Below are positions 1 through 9,010 of a stretch of 21,123 nucleotides of DNA, piece by piece. This stretch comes from Fibrobacterales bacterium. GTDB lineage: Bacteria > Fibrobacterota > Fibrobacteria > Fibrobacterales > JAOPTW01. The notes under the pieces were generated by a model that worked only from the letters and a program-made list of their open reading frames with translations, did not search any database and was not told the origin of the DNA. The translations under genes were made by a program, and so were the position numbers. The stretch spans positions 1 to 21,123 of the forward strand of contig JAOPTW010000087.1 of assembly GCA_051532035.1 (NCBI GenBank), read 5' to 3'. How positions within the stretch are numbered: position 1 is the first letter of the stretch; each line of letters starts with the position of its first letter.

Positions 1-2
1 AA

Positions 3-869
3 GCAACGATTTCATCTGCAGTATCTATGATCCCCGAAATGAAACTCTCTCAGGCTATTGAAGAGATTATGATTTTAGTCAGATCAGTAAACAAATACCT
101 CGAGGTAACTGCTCCTTGGAAACTCGCCAAAGACATTGAGAACGTAGAGACCAAAGCAACACTCAGTACCGTACTGAATACTGCAGGTGAAGCGATACGC
201 GTCGCACTTACGCTCTTGCACCCCGTAATCTCTCGCAAAGCAGATGATGGCCTTGCAATGCTCGGCACCTCATTTAATGGTCAAGAGTCACTTAAATGGG
301 GTATTATCGAAGGCGGAGAAGCCATCGCTCTTAAAGACGCATTATTCCCACGTATTGAAGTTGAAAAACCAAAGCCACAACCTAAAAAAGAAGAGGTTCA
401 CCCTCTTTCTAAATTTGATTTAAAAGTGGTAGAGATCTTAAACGTTACTGATCACCCTGAAGCGGACTCACTCTATGTATGTACTATCAACACTGGTGAC
501 GAAGAACGTACAGTCTGTGCTGGTATTAAGAAGCGTTACGAAAAAGAGGAATTGGTTGGTAAAAAAGCAGTACTCTTTGCTAATCTTAAACCAGCAAAAA
601 TCCGAGGAATCGAGAGCAAAGGAATGATGCTTGCTGGCGATAAAGACCCAGACTCAGTAGAGCTCGTTGACCCGGGAACAGCTGCTGTTGGATCATCAGT
701 TCAGTTTGGCTCGATTCCAGTAGTACCAAAATCGAAAATGAAAATTAAAGAGTTTGAAAAAATCACTCTAGAAGTTAAAAATGGGACAGTGGTGTACGGT
801 GAAGAAATTCTTAATATCGCTGGAACTCCAATAACCTGTAATACTACTGATGGAAGTATCGTCAAATAA
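3..869 (+). CDS. metG: Methionyl-tRNA synthetase, C-terminal part (5' end lies outside the window)
   Basis: The frame is open from the window edge. It shows the anticodon-binding helical bundle (NKYLEVTAPWKLAK...LLHPVI...LFPRIE) followed by the tRNA-binding OB fold (DLKV..I..V.DHPEAD.LY...NLKPAKIRGIESKGMML). Confidence 0.93.
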   Translation, partial: ATISSAVSMIPEMKLSQAIEEIMILVRSVNKYLEVTAPWKLAKDIENVETKATLSTVLNTAGEAIRVALTLLHPVISRKADDGLAMLGTSFNGQESLKWGIIEGGEAIALKDALFPRIEVEKPKPQPKKEEVHPLSKFDLKVVEILNVTDHPEADSLYVCTINTGDEERTVCAGIKKRYEKEELVGKKAVLFANLKPAKIRGIESKGMMLAGDKDPDSVELVDPGTAAVGSSVQFGSIPVVPKSKMKIKEFEKITLEVKNGTVVYGEEILNIAGTPITCNTTDGSIVK

Positions 870-880
870 CAACCTATAGA

Positions 881-928
881 TTACTCACAACTGATGCCAG
901 GTATCGCCACCTCACATCAGTTGTGTAA
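881..928 (+). other. Intergenic stem-loop after metG
   Basis: Perfect 11-bp inverted repeat CACAACTGATG (886-896)/CATCAGTTGTG (915-925), with an inner AGGT/ACCT stem; no U-tract. Confidence 0.5.
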
Positions 929-941
929 TTGAGAACAGATC

Positions 942-1457
942 ATGAAAACAACTCTTTTACTCCTTCTCCTACTTAGTTCATGGGCGCATACCCAAAACCT
1001 GACACCCCCAGATTCACATCCTAATCCCTATGACACTATTGTCATATTTAATAAAGTCACCAATTCAATGAAATCAGAGTGGATGTACCAAGGTTCGTAT
1101 TTGACAGGCAATGAAATGGATACCGTCCTGAATCTTGACCCCAAAGCACATTCTCTATACACACGAGGTAGTATTGAAAAAAATATTGCTTTTGGTGGCA
1201 TCCTTCTTGGATGTGCCTATTTATCCTATGCAGTAATAACCAGAGACGAAAATTTCTGGACACACCTTATCAGATCTTCCGCTCTAACTGTTTTCTCTTT
1301 TGGACTCGGATATCATGGCAACTATACTATCAATAATGCTATTAAAACATTCAACCGCAATATCAATAGTACAAATGTTCAAAAGCAGAGTGCAATTTCT
1401 ATTGAATTTAAATTACAAATAAGCCCTTACAGTATTCAAACAGTACTTAATTTTTAA
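942..1457 (+). CDS. Hypothetical exported/membrane protein
   Basis: Signal-peptide-like N-terminus (MKTTLLLLLLLSSWAHT), one to two internal hydrophobic segments and a C-terminal Phe; no recognisable family. Confidence 0.7.
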   Translation: MKTTLLLLLLLSSWAHTQNLTPPDSHPNPYDTIVIFNKVTNSMKSEWMYQGSYLTGNEMDTVLNLDPKAHSLYTRGSIEKNIAFGGILLGCAYLSYAVITRDENFWTHLIRSSALTVFSFGLGYHGNYTINNAIKTFNRNINSTNVQKQSAISIEFKLQISPYSIQTVLNF

Positions 1458-1534
1458 AACTAATTACCGCTATCTACTCTATTTAAAATTCAATTTCCCC
1501 ATCTGCTCTTATCAATCTCCACCAAAATGGTATC

Positions 1535-2305
1535 ATGTTTACTGAAAAAAAGTTCAAGTCACTGCCAGCTAAAACACAAGCCAAAAAAATGGCCGACATT
1601 TTAAAATCACTATTTCACTACCACAGTGAAGAATGGAAACAAGAGATTGATACCTATAATCAATTACGTGAATGGTATGGTGATACGAAACAAATTCTTT
1701 CTCGTAAACGACTTGACTCTCATAAACTCATGGAACGCTACACCTATTGGCTGGGACTTGCTGGGCTCAATGTAGAGCAAGACCTCTATACTTCGCTAAC
1801 CTTTAAAGACAATGACAGCGCACAAGCAGCACCAATCAAATGGGATGTACTCCTCCACAATTTACGTTCAGCCCACAACATCGGCTCTATACTCCGTACA
1901 ATGGACTGCTTTGGATTAGACACTGCACATATTTCTGGCTACAGCGCTCCTTCTGATCATAAATCAGTTAAAGGGGCAGCCATGGGTGCGGAAGAATGGA
2001 TGAACACCGTACGCTGGTCAACCCCCTTTGCCTATTTGGACCAACTTCCCGAAGGCACACCTATTGTTGCCCTTGAGACCGACCCCAACGCCCCTCAACT
2101 CGAAGACTTTGAGTGGCCCGAATCTGGTGTGGTCATAGTTGGCAATGAAGAACTGGGGATTCCAGAAGAGATTCTAAACCGGGTTACTCATAGGGTCCAA
2201 ATAGCGATGTATGGAAGAAAAGCATCACTCAATGTCGCCAATGCCTTTGCTATATGCGCATTTCAACTGAGAACCACAATGGAGAAAAAAAATGCAAACA
2301 CCTAA
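1535..2305 (+). CDS. TrmH/SpoU-family (SPOUT) RNA 2'-O-methyltransferase with N-terminal extension
   Basis: SpoU motifs LHNLRSAHNIGSILRT, IVGNEELGI and IAMYGRKASLNVANA. Confidence 0.9.
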   Translation: MFTEKKFKSLPAKTQAKKMADILKSLFHYHSEEWKQEIDTYNQLREWYGDTKQILSRKRLDSHKLMERYTYWLGLAGLNVEQDLYTSLTFKDNDSAQAAPIKWDVLLHNLRSAHNIGSILRTMDCFGLDTAHISGYSAPSDHKSVKGAAMGAEEWMNTVRWSTPFAYLDQLPEGTPIVALETDPNAPQLEDFEWPESGVVIVGNEELGIPEEILNRVTHRVQIAMYGRKASLNVANAFAICAFQLRTTMEKKNANT

Positions 2306-5300
2306 TCTCTCCTTTGATTCTCAAACGGTCCCTTGTTCATATATCCCACGACTTATCGGACTACAAATCAAGGCCAAAAAAGATACGAAGGCCGCTGAGT
2401 CCTTTTTTGCATTGCTCAATGAGGCTCAAACACTGCTTAATAAAAAAGCTGAACGCCCTCTCGCCATTACCTATCCACCACTTCCGGTCTCTGACAAACG
2501 GGATGACATTATGTCCCTCATTCGAGACAATCAGATTTGTATCATTCAAGGTGATACCGGTTCTGGTAAGACCACTCAAATTCCAAAAATGTGTATGGAA
2601 CTCGGCCTTGGCTTTCGTGGTGTTATTGGCTGCACCCAACCCAGAAGAATTGCAGCGCTCTCAATCGCAGATCGACTGAGAGAAGAGACCGGTGAGAATG
2701 ATCTCATAGGGCACAAAATTAGATTCATGGAACAGGCCCCTGACTCCCTTCATGTCAAAGTGATGACCGACGGTATCCTCCTTCAGGAATTTAAGACTGA
2801 TCGATTTCTCAACCAGTACTCTTGTATTATTTTGGACGAAGCACACGAACGTTCTCTCAACATTGATATCCTTCTGGGCATCCTCAAACCGCTCCTCAAA
2901 AAGCGTCGAGACCTTAAACTTATTATAACCTCAGCAACCATTGATGCTGAGCACTTCTCACAGTATTTTGACAAAGCCCCCATCCTCCACGTTGATGGAA
3001 GAATGTTTCCTGTCACCGTCGACTACTGGGATACTGATGAAATTGCCGAAGAATACGAGCTTGAATCATACTCAATGACTGATGCAACTATTGATGCCAT
3101 TAAACATGTACAAAAACAGGGACCAGACCACCTCCTCTGTTTTTTACCCACCGAAAAAGACATTCATGAAGTAGAGAAAGGGCTCGATTCAATCAGCAAA
3201 GATTTTCTCATTCTTCCTCTCTTTGGCAGGCTCAGCCCACAAGAACAGAAACGTATTTTTGCCCCGAGTAATAAACCCAAAATAGTTCTTTCTACTAACA
3301 TTGCCGAAACATCTCTCACCATCCCTGGTATAGCCTATGTAATCGACACTGGTTATGCACGGGTCTCACGATTTTGTTCACAGTCACACATTCAAGGCCT
3401 CCCCATCGAGATGATATCACAAGCCTCTGCAAACCAACGAAAAGGGCGCGCAGGACGAGTGAAACCAGGAACGTGTATACGCCTCTATAGTGAAGAGAAC
3501 TTTTTAAGTCGCCCAGAATATACAGAACCAGAGATACTTCGCAGCAACCTCGCAAACGTACTTCTCCAATTAATGAATACTGGCATTAACCCGCATCTAT
3601 TTCAGTTTCTTTCACAACCGCCACAACGGACCGTTACCGCTGGTTTTAAACTCCTTTGGGATTTAGGCGCTATAACCGACATCACCGAAAAAGGTCAGCT
3701 AACCCCTGTGGGTAAGGAACTCAGTTCTATACCTGTTGATGTTACCGTTGCCAAAATACTCATCACGGCAAAAAAGAAAAACGTTTTAACAGAAGTACTC
3801 GCCATAGCTGCGGGCATTAGTATCCAAGACCCACGTCTTCGCCCGAGTGATGATAGAGAACGTTCAAAAGCAGACGGTCTTCACAGTCGGTTTAAAGACA
3901 AGAAATCCGACTTTGTTTCACTCCTCAAACTCTGGGATTTTATCAACCAAAACTGGGGTAAGGGTGAATCACTTAATAAACTGAGAAGACTCTGTAGCGA
4001 AAACTACCTTCATTTTTTAAGGGTCCGCGAGTGGCGTGACCTCTTTGAGCAGTTTAGTAGAATCCTTAAGTTAAAAATTGAACTAGGCAAAGAATCTGCC
4101 ACAACAGTCCATCACGACTCACTTCACCAAAGTATCCTCTCAGGATTTCTCCACAATGTTGCAGAGCGGCACCCGGAAGGCTATGGCTACAAAATAGCCA
4201 AACACAATGACGCTTATATCTTTCCTGGTTCTGGCATCTTTAATAAAAAGCCACAATGGATTGTCGCCTCCGAAGTACGGGAAACGTCCCGTGTCTATCT
4301 TGTTGGCTGCACGCAGATAGAACCTGAATGGCTTCTTGAATTCACCAAACACCTCTGCAGCTACACCTATTTTAATGTAATATGGAATCAAGAGCGAGGC
4401 TTTGTAGAAGCCCGCGAGAAGATTATGTTTAAAGGATTTTGTATCAGCTTCGGCCGAAAGGTCAACTACGAGTCTATAGAACCTGAAGAATGCTGTGAAA
4501 TATTCTGGCGAGAAGGAGTTGTCCTCAACCCTCGTCAAAGCTTTGGATTTAAGAAGCTCAATAATAGAGTACTCAAAGAGCTGGAAGAACTGGAAAAAAA
4601 GAGTAGAACCTTTGGGCTCGTCCCCAGTGAAGAACAGGTCACTGCATGGTTTATACAAAACTTTCCCGACATCACCTCACTACACAAGTTAAAAAAATAT
4701 ATTCAAGAGCATGGTGAAAAAGCATTTTGTTTTGACGCTGAAACCTGGATGAACAACCAGCTAGAAGCCCTTCCTGAACGCAGCCGAGCTGTGGTCTCCC
4801 AGGCAAAAAATCTCGATAAAAACTACCCTTCTGATATCACTATTGGTGGCGAAACGAGTAGTATAAAATACCAATTTGATTTTGGTACCGATCTCGATGG
4901 CGCTTGTGTCCGAGTAGTTCCCAACCAGGTCTCTCACATAACCCCGGGACTCATGTTCAAGAAAATACCCGGCTGGGGCCAATGGATATTTAATGCTACC
5001 TTCGACTCATTCAAAAAGCCCATAGCAGACCAACTCTCTCCCAATAGAGAAAAGCTCTATCAGGATTGGACCCAAGCTATTGAAGCAGCTCCTCATAACA
5101 GTGTTGCGAGTCTCCTTTTCAAAACAATCAATACAGGACGCCCACTCAACGAAACGATCTCTCTCCCCTCTAAATGGGAAAAATTTGTAACGATACATTT
5201 TAGGGTTAAAGCATCGAACAAGCAACTCCCTCTCGACCTCTCTCCTTCGGATACTATAGATACCCTTGCCGAAAAAGCATTTCACACCTTCTATCTCACC

Positions 5301-6398
5301 CACTGGTTTGAAGATCGTGGTAAAAGTTTTGCATTCAGAACCTTTAAATGCTATAAACAGCTCCCCCCTCCTATTACCGTATTACAGACAACCATTCTTC
5401 CTCATGCGATTGAGTCCAATGATCACAATTTTTCGTTGACACACTCGCCACTCGACATGTGGTTAAGCCAGTGTGCGACCGAGGGAACCTTCCAGCTTCT
5501 CTATCATAAAAAGTTTAAGATTGGTTCCGAACATATCGAGGGGTGTCGAAAAGTATTAAGGGACCGCATAAATGCTATTGCATCCCAATTCAATCTCTCT
5601 GCATCAATTATTTCTGGCCTTATTGATTGGCAAGTATGGCTTAATCTTAAAGAGGTTAACCTTGCAAAAGTCTCTGCACAAGAATGTGTTCAGGGCATAG
5701 CTGCAACGCTCCCCCTCCCCAAAGCACATATTGGATCAAAAAAGAAGCTAAAATCCCTTTCAAACTTAAAAAGCGCTTCAAGCAGTATCGATTCAGATAG
5801 TGCACAACTTATTATCGACACACTCGTAATTTCTCTGGTATTGGAGCCTGAGCAGTTTTCCGACTACTTCTCTTTTGTCACCAATAAGTGCAACGGAAAG
5901 GATTTTTCGGACTTCTCATCGCTGTTAGAAGCGAAACCAACCCTTCCTCTAGGAGATCCAAACCACGCTACTCTTGCCGTTCTTTCAGCCATCAGTGCAA
6001 AAGTGGGATTAGATACCATAACCCCTCAACTCTACCAATCCATAGTGTCAGTAAGTGACCTTACCGACTACCTCTCCCAACACCGCAACAACCAAAGAAG
6101 CATTATTGAAGGTGCTAAAAAAAGAAGGGATGCCATTTACGCTCTTTTTAGCGACTATGGACTCACCAATGTAGTGCTCAGTAGTGACATTAAAAAAGCA
6201 CTACATAGCTTAGAAGAGCGCGGAAATTCACCTGAGCAATTGATGACTAAAGAAATTGCATTGAATGGTGAGGTTAATAAAGCGCTCAATAGCTTTTTTC
6301 AAAAACCCCACGCCTTTAGTGAAGAGTTTGGCCAAGCTGAACCTGTTGAACAGAGTTCTCTCGCCTCACTCAGAGCTTCATTCGGCAGAATTAAGTAG
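2292..6398 (+). CDS. hrpA: HrpA-type ATP-dependent DEAH-box RNA helicase
   Basis: Motifs GDTGSGKTTQIP, TQPRRIAA, MTDGILL, DEAHERSLNID, SAT, TNIAETSLTIPGI and SQASANQRKGRAGR; HA2 and OB-fold regions follow; 1368 aa; overlaps the trmH stop by 14 nt. Confidence 0.92.
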   Translation: MQTPNLSFDSQTVPCSYIPRLIGLQIKAKKDTKAAESFFALLNEAQTLLNKKAERPLAITYPPLPVSDKRDDIMSLIRDNQICIIQGDTGSGKTTQIPKMCMELGLGFRGVIGCTQPRRIAALSIADRLREETGENDLIGHKIRFMEQAPDSLHVKVMTDGILLQEFKTDRFLNQYSCIILDEAHERSLNIDILLGILKPLLKKRRDLKLIITSATIDAEHFSQYFDKAPILHVDGRMFPVTVDYWDTDEIAEEYELESYSMTDATIDAIKHVQKQGPDHLLCFLPTEKDIHEVEKGLDSISKDFLILPLFGRLSPQEQKRIFAPSNKPKIVLSTNIAETSLTIPGIAYVIDTGYARVSRFCSQSHIQGLPIEMISQASANQRKGRAGRVKPGTCIRLYSEENFLSRPEYTEPEILRSNLANVLLQLMNTGINPHLFQFLSQPPQRTVTAGFKLLWDLGAITDITEKGQLTPVGKELSSIPVDVTVAKILITAKKKNVLTEVLAIAAGISIQDPRLRPSDDRERSKADGLHSRFKDKKSDFVSLLKLWDFINQNWGKGESLNKLRRLCSENYLHFLRVREWRDLFEQFSRILKLKIELGKESATTVHHDSLHQSILSGFLHNVAERHPEGYGYKIAKHNDAYIFPGSGIFNKKPQWIVASEVRETSRVYLVGCTQIEPEWLLEFTKHLCSYTYFNVIWNQERGFVEAREKIMFKGFCISFGRKVNYESIEPEECCEIFWREGVVLNPRQSFGFKKLNNRVLKELEELEKKSRTFGLVPSEEQVTAWFIQNFPDITSLHKLKKYIQEHGEKAFCFDAETWMNNQLEALPERSRAVVSQAKNLDKNYPSDITIGGETSSIKYQFDFGTDLDGACVRVVPNQVSHITPGLMFKKIPGWGQWIFNATFDSFKKPIADQLSPNREKLYQDWTQAIEAAPHNSVASLLFKTINTGRPLNETISLPSKWEKFVTIHFRVKASNKQLPLDLSPSDTIDTLAEKAFHTFYLTHWFEDRGKSFAFRTFKCYKQLPPPITVLQTTILPHAIESNDHNFSLTHSPLDMWLSQCATEGTFQLLYHKKFKIGSEHIEGCRKVLRDRINAIASQFNLSASIISGLIDWQVWLNLKEVNLAKVSAQECVQGIAATLPLPKAHIGSKKKLKSLSNLKSASSSIDSDSAQLIIDTLVISLVLEPEQFSDYFSFVTNKCNGKDFSDFSSLLEAKPTLPLGDPNHATLAVLSAISAKVGLDTITPQLYQSIVSVSDLTDYLSQHRNNQRSIIEGAKKRRDAIYALFSDYGLTNVVLSSDIKKALHSLEERGNSPEQLMTKEIALNGEVNKALNSFFQKPHAFSEEFGQAEPVEQSSLASLRASFGRIK

Positions 6399-6894
6399 CT
6401 TCATTCGTTGAATTAAGTAAATCGCGCCACGTGCAGCCTTGATTATCTAATACTTCTTGATTTGCCCCCTGTTCTACCAAATACTCGGCGGCTGTTAATT
6501 GATTAAAGTGCGCAGCAACATGAAGAGCTGTTCTGTTTTCATGTTCTGCGTCTATACCATCAATAGATGCCCCGTTTCTTAACAAGAGCTCCATAGTTTC
6601 AATATCACCATTCATAGCAGCACTATGGAGCGCAAGACCACTTGAAGTATCAGCCCCCGCATCGATGAGAAGCTGGACTATTTCGGGAGCGCCAAACAGA
6701 GAAGCAAACACTATAGGATATGCCCCATTTGAGAGAGGTACATTGACATCAATACCTTTAGCGATAGCCTGTTCAACACCATCAATATCATGCAGCTCTA
6801 AAGCTTTAATAAAGCGCACCCGCGAAGAGCTTCGCGAGTAGATAAGAATTAAAACAATCATCCCCAATATAAGTATTGTTACCGTTAACACCAT
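6391..6894 (-). CDS. Ankyrin-repeat protein with N-terminal membrane anchor
   Basis: Ankyrin repeats (PIVFASLFGAPEIVQLLIDAGAD; ALHSAAMNGDIETMELLLRNGA; TALHVAAHFNQLTAAEYLVEQGA); hydrophobic N-terminus; TAAGGAG RBS upstream. Confidence 0.9.
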   Translation of the reverse strand: MVLTVTILILGMIVLILIYSRSSSRVRFIKALELHDIDGVEQAIAKGIDVNVPLSNGAYPIVFASLFGAPEIVQLLIDAGADTSSGLALHSAAMNGDIETMELLLRNGASIDGIDAEHENRTALHVAAHFNQLTAAEYLVEQGANQEVLDNQGCTWRDLLNSTNEAT

Positions 6895-7121
6895 CTGACT
6901 CCTTACCTTTTATCAGGACATTACTAGCCAACCTGAGTAATGCTTCCTTAATAAAAATGAATTACACCTTACTAACTTGTGACCAATAATAGATCTTATT
7001 CTTGTATTTTCAATGAGTTACAAGAAGTCCAACAACGCCACATCCAGATGAATAAAAAAAATATAAGAAAACCATTTTTTAATTTGGTTTTTTTAGGGTA
7101 TTTACTGTATACTCTGAACAT

Positions 7122-8999
7122 ATGATAGTACGAATCGCTTTAATTGGTATTAATGAACAGGAAGTCCAAATATTGGAGACTGTTTTAAAACAGCGCACAT
7201 TTGATGTGACTGTGTTTCCACCCAGTACCGGTAGTTATTTAGAGGTAATGAAGTTTAAACCCGATGCAATTCTTATGGAAATGCCTAATCGGGAAGTTGA
7301 ACAACTCCATCTTACCAATCTTATCCGCGGCAATAAGAAAATGTCCAAGCTGCCCATAATAAGCTATGGTAATCATACTGAACGTTCTCGAGAAAAACAA
7401 TATTCACAAGCACGTATTACACGCTACTATCAACGCCCCCTCAAAATTTCGAATATTTTTAATGCACTTATCGAGACTGTCGGACCTGATATTGAAAAAT
7501 TAATAAATGGAGATACTGAGGGCGAAGCGGATGAAAGAGGAAAGGATATTCTTTCCATTATGAAACCCGATATGCTCGGCTCTCAAAAGATTGAGCTCAT
7601 GGTAAAGCATGTGGGAAAACTGATGGCCTTCCCCTTCTCTATTGCAAAAATTGTACAACTTACCGGGTCTGAAAAATCGAGTGCAGGAGAACTTGCCAAC
7701 GTAATCCGATCTGACGCATCTATAGCGACCAATATTATTAAACTCTCAAATTCAGTATTCTTTAGCAGTCGCAATAGAGAGATTAAAGACGTTGTTGATG
7801 CAATTGTCCGTATTGGGTTTAATGAGACAAAGAAAATTGCACTGGGACTCACGGTAATGAACCTTCTTGATAAAAAAGAAAAGAATTTTGGGTTTGACCG
7901 TCAAGAGTTTTGGTATCACAGCTTAGCTACTGCACTGATTGCCGAAAAACTTTCAAAAGCTATTAATTACCCTAATCCATCACTAGCATTTTTAGCTGGA
8001 CTCCTCCACGAGTTTGCCACCCTGCTCTATGATGAATTTTTTGGTGAGATTTTTGAAATTGTCATAGAGCACACCGCTCAAGAACACATCACTTTTGTTG
8101 ATGCTGGAATTAATATTATAAAACTCGATCAAAATGATTTTATGGCCGAGATGTTTGCAGAATGGAATATGCCCAAAGACTTAATTATAGGACTGAAAGG
8201 CCATACAAAATTTCTCAATGTAAACGAGGGACTCCCCCCCGAACAATCAATGCTTATAAAACTTGTTGGCCTTGGCGACCTTCTTGCCAAAGCAGCACGC
8301 ATAGGAAGAAGTTGCGATGAAGTGTTACACCCCGTACCCGACACCCTTTTTCAACAACTCAAACTCCCTATTGGCATTAGACGTATCTTCTTTGATACCA
8401 TTTACTCACAAATTGACCTTTTCGTAACCCTCCTTAATCTCGACAAAACAGAGCTCCCACTCCATCTCTTCAAAAAACCAGCATCTGAAGAGCACCTTAA
8501 AATGGTTATACTCAAGAAAAATACAACAATTTTTGAACCCCACCTCTTCCACCTTGAGCATACTGGTTTTGATCTCATTACTTTTAGTGACCCTGAAGAC
8601 CTTGTAGAAAAAGTAAAAGTCGTTGATCTTCTGGTATATAATACTACAGATGAAGGGGGCTTTGAAGAGCTCGACGATCTCCATAGCATTGTAAAAGATT
8701 TAAATCTCCCCTCTCTTATCTTTTATCCCAATCCACAAAATGCAACAATCATTCCCGACCTCCCTCAGTCTGCAAAAGTGTTAACAACTGTTGATGCAAC
8801 TCAAATTAGGGATGCTATCGCAACAGTCATGGGAAGTAACGTAGAGATCACTCCTACAAAAAATAGCGCTACACCACAGATAGCGCCCGTTGCTGCGCCA
8901 GCAGCCGTAGCACCTCCAAAGCAAGAAGTAGAGCCTGTAGCTGAACCAACACCAGCAGCACCTAGTTCTCCAGAACCTAACCCTTCTGCTCAAGAGTAG
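7122..8999 (+). CDS. Pseudo-receiver + HDOD domain signalling protein, paralog 1 (Pro/Ala-rich tail)
   Basis: REC-like N-terminus (KPDAILMEMP...LPIISYG...YYQRP); HDOD motifs (FP..IAKIVQL, LANVIRSD, NSVFF, DAIVRIG, FWYHS, AFLAGLLHE, EWNMP). Confidence 0.85.
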   Translation: MIVRIALIGINEQEVQILETVLKQRTFDVTVFPPSTGSYLEVMKFKPDAILMEMPNREVEQLHLTNLIRGNKKMSKLPIISYGNHTERSREKQYSQARITRYYQRPLKISNIFNALIETVGPDIEKLINGDTEGEADERGKDILSIMKPDMLGSQKIELMVKHVGKLMAFPFSIAKIVQLTGSEKSSAGELANVIRSDASIATNIIKLSNSVFFSSRNREIKDVVDAIVRIGFNETKKIALGLTVMNLLDKKEKNFGFDRQEFWYHSLATALIAEKLSKAINYPNPSLAFLAGLLHEFATLLYDEFFGEIFEIVIEHTAQEHITFVDAGINIIKLDQNDFMAEMFAEWNMPKDLIIGLKGHTKFLNVNEGLPPEQSMLIKLVGLGDLLAKAARIGRSCDEVLHPVPDTLFQQLKLPIGIRRIFFDTIYSQIDLFVTLLNLDKTELPLHLFKKPASEEHLKMVILKKNTTIFEPHLFHLEHTGFDLITFSDPEDLVEKVKVVDLLVYNTTDEGGFEELDDLHSIVKDLNLPSLIFYPNPQNATIIPDLPQSAKVLTTVDATQIRDAIATVMGSNVEITPTKNSATPQIAPVAAPAAVAPPKQEVEPVAEPTPAAPSSPEPNPSAQE

Positions 9000-9010
9000 G
9001 TGAGGCACCT

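Noticed and set aside
2254..2679. 141-aa same-strand ORF overlapping the trmH/hrpA junction (possible frameshift product)
   Set aside because: Both flanking genes are complete in their own frames, and the alternative ORF has no recognisable motif.
7068..7094. AAAACCA/TGGTTTT inverted repeat followed by Ts upstream of HDOD paralog 1
   Set aside because: The AT-rich stem is weak and lies in a divergent promoter region; it cannot be distinguished from chance.
8860..8999. Pro/Ala/Glu-rich tail of HDOD paralog 1 as a DNA repeat
   Set aside because: It is a low-complexity protein tail without an exact tandem nucleotide unit.
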